From NCBI GenBank assembly GCA_051313645.2, contig JBNRSN020000001.1, positions 128,774,001 through 128,838,000 on the forward strand: a DNA stretch of 64,000 nucleotides, read 5' to 3'. Made by a program: the position numbers and the translations under genes. The notes beneath the pieces are model-generated. The model was not told where the DNA came from. It searched no databases and saw nothing but the letters and a program-made list of their open reading frames with translations. Shown in pieces: positions 47,471 to 59,671 of the stretch; position 1 is the stretch's first letter; each line of letters begins with the position of its first letter. The DNA is from Centroscyllium fabricii. Lineage: Eukaryota.

Positions 47471-50090
47471 CCGGTGGGTTGTGGTTGATATGTAGGCCAG
47501 TGGTCGATAGGTAGTGGCTGGTCGGGCTGAGGCTCGGCCAGGGGCTCTGCTGTGGTGCTCCCGGCGGGCGCTAGGTACCTGATGGAGACGGTGTCCTCGC
47601 GCCCGTCCAGGAACTGCAGGTATGCGTACTGCGGGTTGGCGTTCAGCAGCTGCACCTTCTCCACCAGGGTGTCGGTCTTATGGCCGCGGACATGCTTTCT
47701 AAGTAAGACCGGCCCCGGCATCGTGAGCCATGGTGGAAGCGCTGTCTCCGAAGTCGACTTCCTGGGGAAGGAAAAGAGCAGTTCGTGAGGTGTGGCGTTG
47801 GTAGCCGTACACAGCAGAGAGCGGATCGAGTGCAGCGCGTCTGGGAGGACTGCCTGCCAACGGGACACTGGAAGGCCTCTGGACTTTAGGGCCAGGCTGA
47901 CCGCCTTCCAGATGATCCCATTCTCCCTTTCTACCTGGCCGTTCCCCCGGGGGTTGTAACTGGTCGTTCTGCTGGAGGCAACCCCTTTCTGAAGCAGAAA
48001 CTGACGCAGTTCGTCGCTCATGAACAACGACCCCCGGTCGCTGTGGATGTAGCTGGGGAGACCGAAAATGGCGAACAGCATGGTGAAGTGTTTGATCACC
48101 GTTGCGCTCATTATATCTGGGCAGGGGAAGGCGAAGGGGAAGCGGGAGAACTCGTCTACGACCGTGAGGAAGTATGAGTTGCAGTCGGTGGAGGGGAGGG
48201 GGCCTTTGAAGTCCACGCTTAGATGTTCAAAGGGGCAGGTGGCCTTAATGAGGTGCGCCGTGTCTGGCCTGTAAAATTGGGGTTTGCACTCGGCGCAAAC
48301 AGGGCACTCTCGGGTCATAGCCTTGATCTCCGTGATGGAGTAGGGGAGGCTACGAGATTTAACGAAATGGGCATGTCTGGTGATACCCGGGTGGCAGAGG
48401 CGATCGTGGAGTTCCTTCAGCCGGTCTAGCTGGGCACTGGCGCACGTTCCCCTGGACAGTGCGTCCGGGGGTTCATTGAGTTTGCCTGGTCGGTAAAGAA
48501 TGTCGTACTCGTAAGTCGAGAGCTCGATCCGCCACCGCAGGATCTTATCATTCTTGATTATACCCTTTTGTTTATTGTTAAACATAAGCGCGACCGACCA
48601 TTGGTCGGTGAGCAGGGTAAAACGCTTACCGGCCAGGTAATGACGCCAGTAGCGCACGGCCTCCACGATGGCCTGGGCCTCCTTTTCCACTGCAGAGTGG
48701 CGAGTTTTGGGTCCCTGTAGGGTGCGGGAGAAAAACGCTACGGGCGAACGCCATGTGGGCTTCTACCGAGAGGGGGAAGATGGCAGCCTTGAGGAGCGGT
48801 CTGGCCTTATCCGCGAACTGGGGAACCCATTGCGCGTAATAAGAGAAAAATCCCAGACATCTCTTCAGGGCTTTGGGGTTGTGAGGAAGGGGCAGTTCCT
48901 GTAAGGGGCGCATACGCTGTGGGTCGGGGCCGAGGACCCCGTTTTCCACCACGTATCCGAGGATGGCGAGCCGATCTGTACTAAAGACGCGCTTATCTTT
49001 ATTGTACGTGAGATCGAGCCATTTCGCCGTGTGGAGAAATTTGGCCAGGTTGGCATCGTGGTCCTGCTGGTCATGGCCGCAGATGGTCACGTTGTCCAGG
49101 TAGGGGAAAGTGGCCTGCAACCCGTTCTGGTCAACCATGCGGTCCATCTCCCTCTGGAATACCGACACTCCGTTGGTCACGCCGAAGGGGACCCGGAGGA
49201 AGTGGTAGAGCCGACCGTTCGCCTCGAAGGCGGTGTACGGGCGATCAGCTTTCCGGATCGGGAGCTGGTGATACGCTGACTTAAGGTCGATTGTGGAGAA
49301 CACCTTGTACTGGGTGATCTGGTTAACCATATCGGAGATGCGGGGGAGGGGGTAGGCGTCGAGCCCGGTGTAGCGGTTAATGGTCTGGCTGTAGTCGATC
49401 ACCATCCGCGGTTTCTCGCCAGCCTTAACCACTACGACCTGGGCCCGCCAGGGGCTGGTACTGGCTTCAATTATCCCCTCCTTCAGCATACGCCCGACCT
49501 CCGACCTGATAAATGTCCGATCCTCTGCACTGTAACGCCAACTCTTATTAGCTATGGGCTTGCAGTTTGGGTCGAGGTTGGCGAACAGTGAGGGGGGGTC
49601 GACTTTCAGGGTGGAGAGGCCGCAGGTTGGGCTCCGCTTTAGGAAGGGATTGTCCCAGCTACTGATGGTGAGGGGGGCCAGGGTCCCGCCGAACTCCATT
49701 GTCACGCTCTTAAGGTCTCACTGGAAATCCACTCCCAGTAAGACTGGGGCGCACAACTGCTTGAGTATGTACAATTTAAAATTACGGTACACGCAGTCCC
49801 TAACTGTGAGCGTGATGGAGCAGTAGCCGGTGACGTCTGCTGTGTGGGACTGTGAAGCAAGGGAGACTTGGTAGCGCGTGGGCAGGATCTGCAGTCCGTA
49901 GCACTGCGCTGTATCGGGGTGGATGAAGCTCTCTGTGCTTCCGGTGTCGAACAGGCAGTTAGTGGCATGGCCGTTGACTTTAATCCCCATCATGGAATTT
50001 GATAGGGTGTGCGGCCTAGCCTGGTCGACCGTGGCTGAGGCCGAAGTGTGTGTGTTTGTGTGGGAGCCCTCCGCTGGCCAGGGCCGTGCA

Positions 50091-50400
50091 CAAGATGGCG
50101 GCGCCCGTGATTCGCACATGGTCGGCCGCTGTGGACAAAATGGCGGCGCCGGGGAGGCGCTCATGGCTGGCCGCTGAAGACAAGATGGCGGCGGCGGGGG
50201 GTCGCACATGGCTGGCCGCTGCGGACAAGATGGCGGCACCCGTGATTCGCACGTGGCAGGCCGCTGTGGATGCGGTGGTGGTGCCCGTGGTTCATATGCA
50301 GCGGGCCACGGTGGCTGGGTTGGCGGTGCCCGTGATTCGCACGCAGCGGGCCACGCTGGGCGAGATGCCGGCGTTGGGGGGTCGCACATGGCCGGCCGTG
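50091..50400. repeat. 45-bp coding minisatellite (about 7 copies) between gag and protease of D
   Basis: Unit approximately CAAGATGGCGGCGCCCGTGATTCGCACATGGTCGGCCGCTGTGGA, encoding PPSCPQRPAMCESRA-like 15-aa repeats on the minus strand. Confidence 0.88.
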
Positions 50401-52813
50401 GCTGAGTTTGGCGTGTCGTGTGCGCGGCTGGCCTCTGCCGCATCAGGTTGGGAGACGGGGGCGCTTGTACCCTACCCCCGGACCGTCGCTGGGTCGCGCT
50501 GCAGCTGCAGCCAAGGGCCGGTGTTGGAGCTTTCGCAGGCCGCGCTGTTGTGTCTGGAGTTGGACGCCGGGGCCGATTTGTAGGCCCTGGCGTAGTGTCC
50601 CTTTTTCGAGCACTTCTCGCAGGTCACGGTCCTCGCGGGGCATTTCGCTCTTGGGTGTAGTCCCTGGCCGCAGAAATAACATTTTTTCTCCGCCGGCGTC
50701 TTCGCAGCTGCCGCTGCCATTGTGGGGGTCTCGACCCGTTGCGGGGCCACCCAGGAGTCGAAGGTAGCGTGTGGGTTTTGGCCGCTGTACGCCCGTAGTC
50801 TGTGGCGCGCGCCATCCACAGCGTTGGAGAGGGAGATCGCCTCTTCCAGCGTTAGTGTCTCTTTCTCCAGCAGCCGCTGGCGGGCCTGGGCGGACCTGAC
50901 CCCCGTTACATAGGCGTCCCGGACAAGGAGATTCGCCTCCTCTTGTGCCGTCCATGGTTTGCAGTCACAGGCCCGGACAAGGGCTTGGAGCGCCAACAGG
51001 TACTGTTCATTAGACTCACCCACTAGTTGTGGTCTGGTCGCTAGCACATGTTTGGCGTAGACTGAGTGGACCGGGTGCACGTAGCATGCCTTCAGTTTTT
51101 CCACGGCTTCTGTGTACGTCTTAGCGTTGCGGATGAAGGAGTATACCCGGCTGGAGATCCTTGAAGTGAGAACATGCAGCTTGTTCCCGTCGGTTGTCAC
51201 CTTGGCGGCCTCCATGTAGGCCTCGACGAGACTGAACCAGTGTTCAAAGGTATTGGCGGTGGATGGGTCCTGTGGACTAATGTCCAGCTTTTCGGGTTTC
51301 ACAGCGCCGCTCTCGATTTTAAATTTTAAAGCTAATAAAATTGACGTATCGTCAATAATCTAATAAAAACTAAAGACGCGTAGTTACTTTAACTAAAGAC
51401 TTTTATTAGCTTTACAAAGGAGCTACGCTCCGATCGAACATCAGGTACAGAATGAATGGGGGCAGGTCAGACCCCACCTATAAGGCACTCACCTGAGGGG
51501 AGGCGTTAGAGGTGTGGCTGACCTGACCCCGCGACAGTGTCGCAATACAAAGCTGTGTATAGTGCACCCAGCCGCTATACATGCTGGTTAATATTGTGCC
51601 ACAATATTACGGTGGTAATAAGCATATACAACGGTTACCACACCACCGGAGAGTTTGAAACTAACGGGGAATGTTGACGGAAATTGGCACACCTTCAAAC
51701 AGCAGTTCTGCCTCTACGTTGCGGACATGGGACTGGAAACGGAGCTTGATGCTAGGAAGGTAGCGTTATTGCTAACAATAGCAGGGCCACAGGCCCTGGA
51801 AGTATTTAATACTTTCGTGTTTGCCAATCAAAATGATAATGAAAAACTGGATGTAGTGCTTGATAAATTTGATGCTCACTGCTCTCAAAAGAAGAACGAT
51901 ACGTATTTCGATCTCGGATGCAGGAACAGCTCGAGCCCTTTGATAGCTTTCTGATGGACTTGAGGCATAAAAGCACAGTCATGCAACTTTGCAACACTAA
52001 AAGACTCCATGATCAGGGACCAGATCGTTTTTGGTGTGGAGGATAAAAAGATCAGAGGGAAACGGAGCTGACACTGGAAGCAGCCATCAGGATCTGCAAG
52101 GCAAGTGAACTGTCTCACAAGCAAGTGAAAACGTTCTGCGAAATGGCGGCAGGCACAACGGCGCGTGTGAGTGACAGTGCGGCAGCGGTTGGTGCGGTGT
52201 CATACCAGGGGAGGAGGCGCCCACAGACCCGGCCTGCCCAGCGAGCAGATGACGGGATGTTCAACTGCATGCGCTGTGCCTCACAGCACAAGCCAAAACA
52301 GTGCCCAGCCTTTGGTAAGCAATGCTCAAATTGCCAGGGTAAAAACCATTTTGCTAGACAATGCTTCTCAAAAAGAAAAGAGGGGAAGAAAGGAAGATAT
52401 GTAAACATAGTGGAGGAAACTGATCTCAGTGACACGGTTTTCATTGGCATGGTGAACTGTGAAAATGAGTCAGAAAGTGAGCAACAAATAGAAAATAATG
52501 CCACTAAAGAAGATAAATGGATAGCACCATTGCAAATAAATGGGACTCTAGTCACAATGAGATTAGACACTGGTGCAGAAGCAAATCTCAGAAGCATGTC
52601 TGATATCAAGGAAATGAAAGATAAGCCACAAATAAAGAGGAAAATGTCAGGACTGAAAGACTACAATGGACAGCCTATTCAGTGTTTAGGCACATGCAGA
52701 CTGAACATCACAGTGAAAGAAAAAGTGCATCATCTACTCTTCTCTGTCGTGGCTGAAGGACGCTAATCACTGCTGGGTGATAAATCATGTGAAGATTTAG
52801 GGCTGGTGAAAGA

Positions 52814-55524
52814 GTGTATCGCATCAACACAGCCGTGAGTACATCAAGTGACTCCATTGACTCTATAGTACAAAACTTTGAAGACGTTTTCAAGGGGTTT
52901 GGTGTACTGCCATTCACATATAAAATCCAGCTGAAAGAAGACGCACAGACAGTGGTGCATGCTCCATGCAGAGTCCCAGCACCACTGAGAGACCGCTTAA
53001 AGAAAGAGCTTGATAGGATGACCACGCTGGGTGTGATACAGAAGGTAGAGGAGCCTACAGATTGGGTGAACTCGATGGTGGCCACAAAGAAAAAGAATGG
53101 CGTGTTGAGAATATGTATGGACCCAAAAGATCTGAATGAGAACATAAAGCGTGAACACTATCAAATACCCACACGTGAAGAAATCACCAGCGAAATGGCG
53201 AGCGCCGGTTACTTCACAAAGCTCGACGCATCACAAGGCTTCTGGCAACTAAAATTGGACGAAAGCAGCACCAAATACTGCACCTTTAACATGCCCTTCG
53301 GCAGATATTGCTTTCTCAGACTGCCTTTTGGAATAAAATCAGCACCTGAAATATTTCATAGAGCAATGGAACAGACCACCGAGGGGTTGGGTGGCGTTCG
53401 GGTCTACATTGATGACATCATCATCTGGGGCTGTACAGTCCAAGAACACAATCAGAGGCTGAACAAAGTGATGGAGCGCATACGAAAATATGGACTGAAA
53501 CTCAACAAGAGCAAATGCCAGTTTGGAGTTCAAGAACTCATCTTTCTGGGAGACAGGCTCTCTGCACAAGGTGTCCAGCCGGACAAAGAAAAAATACATG
53601 CCATACAGAACATGCCCAGGCCCACGGACAAGACAGGTGTGCTACGCATCATTGGGATGGTCAACTTCATAGGTAAATTCATTCCCAATTTGACTGCGAA
53701 AACATCATGCATCCGTGAACTCCTGCACAATGAGACTGAGTTCAAATGGACAGACAAACTTGAAAATGAGTGGAAAAAGCTCAAAAACACACTGACCACC
53801 GCGCCAGTGTTGACATTTTATGACCACACGAAAAGGATCAAAGTGTCGACAGACGCCTCCAAGGACGGAATTGGTGCAGTTCTCTTACAGGCTGAGGGCG
53901 AGCACTGGAAACCTGTAGCCTATGCATCCAGGGCCATGACTGAAGCTGAGCGTCATTACGCTCAGATCGAAAAAGAATGCCTAGGACTGGCATATGGCCT
54001 AGAGAGATTCCACAGCTATATATATGGCTTACCCTCTTTTACGGTAGAGACAGATCATCGTCCACTAGTCGCCATCATCAAAAAGAATCTAAACGAAATG
54101 TCCCCACGGATTCAACGTCTAATGATGAGAATGCAGCGATACGACTTTGAATTGATCTGCACACCAGGAAAACACCTGATACTCGCCGATGCACTCTCAA
54201 GAGCAACTACTGGAAACTGTGTGAGTGTAACTGATGAGGATGTTCAAAGTCATGTGAACTTGGTGTCTGCTACGCTGCCTGTGTCAGACACTAAGTCCAG
54301 ACAAATAGCTGAAGCAACAGCAAAAGACACAGAGCTACAACGTGTCATTCAAAACATGGATGAAGGATGGCCGGTGGGTTCCTGTCCACTGTTCTACCAT
54401 ATCAGAAGTGAACTCAGTGTAGTCGATGGAATGTTACTGAAGAAAAGCAGGATTGTCATTCCACGAGAGTTAAGAGAGGAAATACTGCACAGGATCCATG
54501 AAGGACATCTCAGTGTCGAAAAGTGTAAAAGGAGGGCGAGAGACACAGTATTCTGGCCTGGAATTAACAAAGACATTGAGACACTGATAAGCAAATGTGA
54601 CACATGCCAGAAACACAGAAACAAGCAAAGCAAAGAACCTATGGTGGTAGCTGATGTGCCAATAGCACCATGGCAAAAAGTAGGAATGGACTTGTTTCAT
54701 CAGACTATTTAGTGATCATTGACTATTACTCAAACTTCCTTGAGATGGCATTGCTATCAAACACAACATCAGCCTGTGTCATAACGCACACAAAATCCAT
54801 CTTTGCCAGGCATGGCATTCCAAACACAGTGGTGAGTGACAACGGCCCATGTTTCAACAGTGCAGACTGGCAGAGGTTTGCAGAGCAGTATGACTTCATG
54901 CATGTCACGTCAAGCCCTCTGTATGCACAGTCCAATGGGAAAGCTGAAAAGGGAGTTCACATTCTCAAGCAACTCCTAAAGAAAGCAGCTGACGGTGACT
55001 CAGATCCATACCTTGCTCTACTCAGCTACAGAGCATCACCTCTCGAGTGCGGGCTATCACCGGCTGAGCTGCTGATGCATCGAAAGCTGCGTACTACACT
55101 GCCGAGTCACTCAAAACCAAAGAAATGTCCAAAGCTAGACTACAAGCTAAAACAACAGAAAATGAAACAGAAGTCATTCTACGACAGGACAGCCAAGCAC
55201 CTTCCATCACTGTCAAGCAGTGACACAGTCAGGATAGAGGATGCTGATGGATGGAGGACAAGAGCCACTGTTCTTCAAGAAGTAGCTCCACGGTCGTTCA
55301 CTGTGAGGACCAAGGAAGGACAAATCCTCAGACGCAATTGCCGCAGTTTGTTAAAGACTCCACCAGAGACTGTTCGAGAGGTCAGTGAAACACACAGTGA
55401 GTCTCAGTCCATCGCTCCAACCCCTACAGACTGTAACACCAATACAAACACTCCAAGTGAACCTGTGGTAAGGAAATCCACAAGAGAAATCAGGAAACCC
55501 GAAAGACTGATTGCTAATTGTTGA
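52814..55524 (+). pseudogene. pol: Element E pol (RT-RNase H-integrase), frameshifted near 54700
   Basis: ORFs 52814-54712 and 54670-55524. Confidence 0.9.
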
Positions 55525-56921
55525 TTATTGTAAACAAAGTGTGTAATTTGTTGATGTTTCTTACAGGTTAATTCATGCCACATATATGGAGAATTGGTGT
55601 ATGTTGCAAGATAACGTTTCAATGAGAAATGGTTCAGATAACTGACACCTGTGATTTGTTAGTTTACCTGTATTGCATTTTGCCTCAAAGAAAGGGGGAT
55701 GTAATGATTAGATGTGGTTACACGTTCTGTCCACTAGGTGGAGAGTTCCACTAGGTGGAGAGTTCAGAGTTCAGAGTACAGAGTTGGGTACAAGGGAAAC
55801 TGAAACTAAGCAGACATGTTGGATTCTGTGAGACTGCTGAAATCTGCAAGCTGCTGAACTTGCTATGAAAATAAAGTGATTACTTGTTTATTAAATCAAG
55901 CCTCATTCTTCAGAACACGAACATAACAGAGAGGGGATCTCATTGAAACTTATAAAATTCTAACAGGACTGGACAGACTAGATGCAGGAAGAATGTTCCC
56001 AATGGTGGGGGAGTGCAGAATCAGGGGTCACAGTCTAAGGATAAGGGGTAAGCTATTTAGGACAGAGATGAGGAGGAATTTCTTCACCCAAAGAGTGGTG
56101 AACCTGTGGAATCCTCTACCACAGAAGACAGTTGAGGCCAATTCATTAAATATATTCAAGAAGGAGTTAAATATATTCAAGAAGGAGTTAAATATATGTG
56201 GAGTCATAGGTTCATAGAGTTATACAGCACAGAAAGAGGCCCTTCGGCCCATCGTATCCGCGCCGTCCATCAAGACCTGTCTATTCGAATCCCATTTTCC
56301 TGCATTTGGTCTGTAGCCTTGTATGCTGTGGCATTTCAAGTGCTCATCTAAATGCTTCTTGAATGTTGTGAGGGTTCGTGCCTCTACCACCCTTTCAGGC
56401 AGTGAATTCCAGATTTCAACCACCCTCTGAGTGGAAAGGTTCTTCCTCAAATCCCCTCTAAACCTCCTGCCCCTTACCTTGAAACTATGCCCCCTTGTTA
56501 TTGACCCCTCTACTAAGGGAAAAAGTTCCTTTCTATCGACCCTATCTATGCCCTTCATAATTTTGTATCAGGTCCCCCCTCAGTCTTCTCTGCTCCAAGG
56601 AAAACAACCCCAGTCTGTCCAGTCTTTCTTCATAGCTGAAGCACTCTAGCCCAGGTAACATCCTGGTGAATCTCCTCTGCACCCTCTCCAAAGCAATCAC
56701 ATCCTTCCTATAGTGTGGCGACCAGAACTGCACACAGTACTCCAAGTGTGGCCTCACCAGCGTTTTGTACAGCTCCATCATAACCTCGGCTAATGAAGGC
56801 AAGTATCCCATATGCCTTTTTAACCACCTTATTCACCTGTCCTGCTGCCTTCAGGGATCTATGTACATGCACACCAAGGTCCCTCTGATCCTCTGTCTTT
56901 CCTAGGGTCTTACCATTCATT

Positions 56922-57872
56922 GGGCCCTGTCTTCCTGTGGCCTGATTACTGTGGGTGCGTGCAGATTTGCACCCGTCCGAGATTTTTTATTTTTTTATCT
57001 GCTGGACTTCCTGTGTGAAATGTCGATTTTTTTTCGTGGGCAGGGGTCTGGTTTTTTTTGGTGCGTAGTGCTTTGTGCGTTGGTCGGGTGCAGGACACGC
57101 CCCCTGAGGTCGGCTTTTTGAGACCACGCCCCCACAGAACGCACAGATCAAAGAAAATCAAGTGTTCAACTAAAGAAAAGAACAGGTAAGGAAGAAGTTT
57201 TTCTTTGTTTTTTTTCAGTTTGTAGGAAGCTGGTCTTACAGCTTGTAAATCTGATGGTTTTTATATTTTTTGGTGACAGGTCAAAAATCGGCGATTTCAA
57301 CCCCTTGCAGCTCTCAGCTCAAACAGCTCTCCCTCACAGCTCTCAGCTGGAATCGCGTAGAAATCGGCGATTTTTTAACTATCACCAAAAAATATATAAA
57401 GCTTCATGTTTGTGGTCTTACATCTTGTAAATCTGATGGTTTATATATTTTTTTGTGAAAGTTAAAAAAATCGGGAATTTGAGCTGTTCAAATTCCCGAT
57501 TTTTTTAACTTTCACAAAAAAATATAAAAACCATCAGATTTACAAGCTGTAAGACCACAAACAAATATCTCCAAAGGAATAATTTAAAAAAAAACTTTAA
57601 ACCTGTTTTTTTCACTTTTCAAACCTGCCTGCACTCTCTTAAGACTGGTAATTACGTGGGCAGAAAAATGGAGGCTTCCCCACGTTGTACACCTGAATAT
57701 TGAGCATCAGAGTACAGGAAGTCTGCAGCTCAAAGTGCTTCATGGGGAGGAAGCTGAAGCCCCTTGCCCATCAGCACAGGAAGTTCACGTTTCTGGTAAG
57801 CACCTGAGCTGCCTCCCCACGAAGCATTTTCGTGGGGGGGCAGCTCTTCTGGAGCACAGGAAGACAGGGCCC
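56922..57872. mobile_element. Harbinger-type MITE
   Basis: 18-bp perfect TIR GGGCCCTGTCTTCCTGTG and TSD ATT. Confidence 0.92.
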
Positions 57873-58809
57873 ATTGTGTATTCCCTTGCCTTGTTAATCC
57901 TTTCAAAATGCATCACCTCACACTTTTCAGGGTTAAATTCCATTTGCCACTGTTCCGCCCATCTGACCAACCCATCTATATTGTCCTGAAGGCTGAGGCT
58001 TCCCTCCTTGCTATTTACCACCCCACTAATTTTTGTGTCATCAGCGAACTTACTGATCATACCTTTTACATTCATATCCAAATCATTAATGTAGACTACA
58101 AAGAGCAAGGGACCCAGCACCGATCCCTGCAGTCCCCCACTGGATACAGGCTTCCAGTCACAAAAACAAACTTCTACCATCACCCTCTGCCTTCTGCCAC
58201 CAAGCCAGTTTTAGATCCAATGTGCCAAGGTGCCCTGGATCCCATGGGCTCTTACCTTCTTGACCAGTCTCCTATGCAGGACTTTATCAAAAGCCTTACT
58301 GAAATCCATGTATACCACATCCACTGCACTACCCTCATCCACACACCTAGTCACCCCCTCGAAAAATTCAATCAAGTTGGTCAGACATGATCTTCCCTTG
58401 ACAAAGCCATGCTGACTATCCTTGATTAATCCTTGCCTCTCCAAGTGGAGACTAATTCTGTTCCTCAGAAATGTTTCCAATAATTTTCCTACCACTGATG
58501 TTAGGCTCACTGGCCTGTAATTCCCTGGTTTATCCCTACTACCCTTCTTGAATAATGGTACTATGTTAGCTGTTCTCCAGTCCTCTGGCACATCCCCTGT
58601 GGCCAGAGAGGTTCTGAAAATTTGTGTCAGAGCTCCTGCAATCTCCTCCTTTGCCTCACACAGCAGCCTGGGATACATCTCGTCCGGGCCCGGGGATTTA
58701 TCCACTTTTAAGCCCGCTAAAACCGCTAGTGCCTCCTCCCTCTCGATGCTAATATATTCAAGTATATCACAGTCCCCTTGCCTGATTTCTATGTCTACAT
58801 CGTCCTTTG

Positions 58810-59178
58810 ACACGGTGGTGCAGTGGTTAGCACTGCTGCCTCGCAATAAGGAGCTCCTGGGTTCGAATCCTGCTTGGCCCGGGACTTCTCCGCGTGGAGT
58901 TTGCATGTTCTCCCCGTGTTCATGTGGGTTTCCTCCGGGTACTCTGGTTTCCTCCCACCACCCAAAAGACATGCAGGTTAGGTGAATTGGAGATACTAAA
59001 AATTGCCCATGAGTATGTGTGTGAGATATAGTTCTTAGAGTTGGGGGTGTCGGGGGATATGGGGAGAGGGTAGGAGGGGGGTGCTGGGTTTGGATGATCA
59101 GCCATGATATCATCAAAATGGCGGAGCAGGCTCAAAGGGCCGAATGGCCAACTCCTATCTTCTGTGTTTCTGTGTTTC
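58810..59178 (+). mobile_element. Full-length V-SINE (HE1-like subfamily)
   Basis: A box TGGTGCAGTGG, B box GGTTCGAATCC, V-core, CR1-like tail. Confidence 0.88.
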
Positions 59179-59671
59179 TCCATAGTGAACACAGATGCAA
59201 AAAATTCATTTAAAACCCCACCTACATCTTTTGGCTCTACACACAGATTGCCACTTTGGTCCCTAATGGGCCCTACTCTTTCCCTAGTTATCCTCTTGCC
59301 CTTAATATACTTATAAAACACCTTAGGATTTTCAATTATTCTGCTCGCCAGTGTTATTTCATGGCCCCTCCTCGCTCTCCTAATTTCTTTTTTAAGTACA
59401 CCCCTGCACTTTTTATACTCCTCTAGGGCTTCCTCTGTCTTTAGTCCTTTGTATCTGCCAAAAGCACCCCTTTTTTTCTAATCCATTCTCATATATCCCT
59501 TGACATCCAAGGTTCCCTGGGCATGTTGGTCCCATCCTTGATCTTTACGGGAACATGTTTCCATTGTACTCTCTCAATTTCCTTTCTGAAAGACTCCCAC
59601 TGCTCTGATGTGGATTTTCCTGCAAGTAGCTGATCCCAGTACACGTTGGCCAGATCCTGCCTTAGCACACT

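Larger units (their letters stand above)
46797..51642 (-). mobile_element. Full-length Gypsy LTR retrotransposon D (same clade as C), no tRNA PBS
   Basis: About 300-bp LTRs at 51342-51642 and 46797-47096, TSD CCACC, PPT CAAAGAAGGGGTGAA. Gag 50472-51302 (KPEKLDI, CCHC knuckles), protease FDTGS, RT YLDN (48626-49705), RNase H/integrase 47116-48690. Confidence 0.96.
46504..55928 (+). mobile_element. Full-length Gypsy LTR retrotransposon E (Mag-like), interrupted by D
   Basis: LTRs 46504-46725 and 55700-55928, PBS TGGTACCAGGAGT (tRNA-Leu complement), PPT AAAGAAAGGGGGA, TSD GAGAG. Gag MDFKPP|ESLKLTGN, protease LDTGA, RT YIDD, RNase H TDAS, integrase SDNGP. Confidence 0.96.
44340..56200 (+). mobile_element. 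CR1 LINE ORF2 (44340-46503 and 55929-56200) split by Gypsy E
   Basis: APE (DFNL, FLDQYVEEPT) and RT motifs. The FRRMR|GDLIETYK motif is split exactly by E. Confidence 0.92.

Noticed and set aside
46504-55928. Inner element D has more LTR differences (7 substitutions + 1 indel in 300 bp) than outer E (2 + 1 in 222 bp)
   Set aside because: The counts are too small to exclude chance, so this is not treated as a chronology paradox.
56146-56198. 21-bp tandem duplication at the tail-to-tail CR1 junction
   Set aside because: An ordinary local slippage or repair duplication.
58211-59116. 301-aa ORF as a novel gene
   Set aside because: It is a chance read-through from an antisense SINE into CR1 ORF2.
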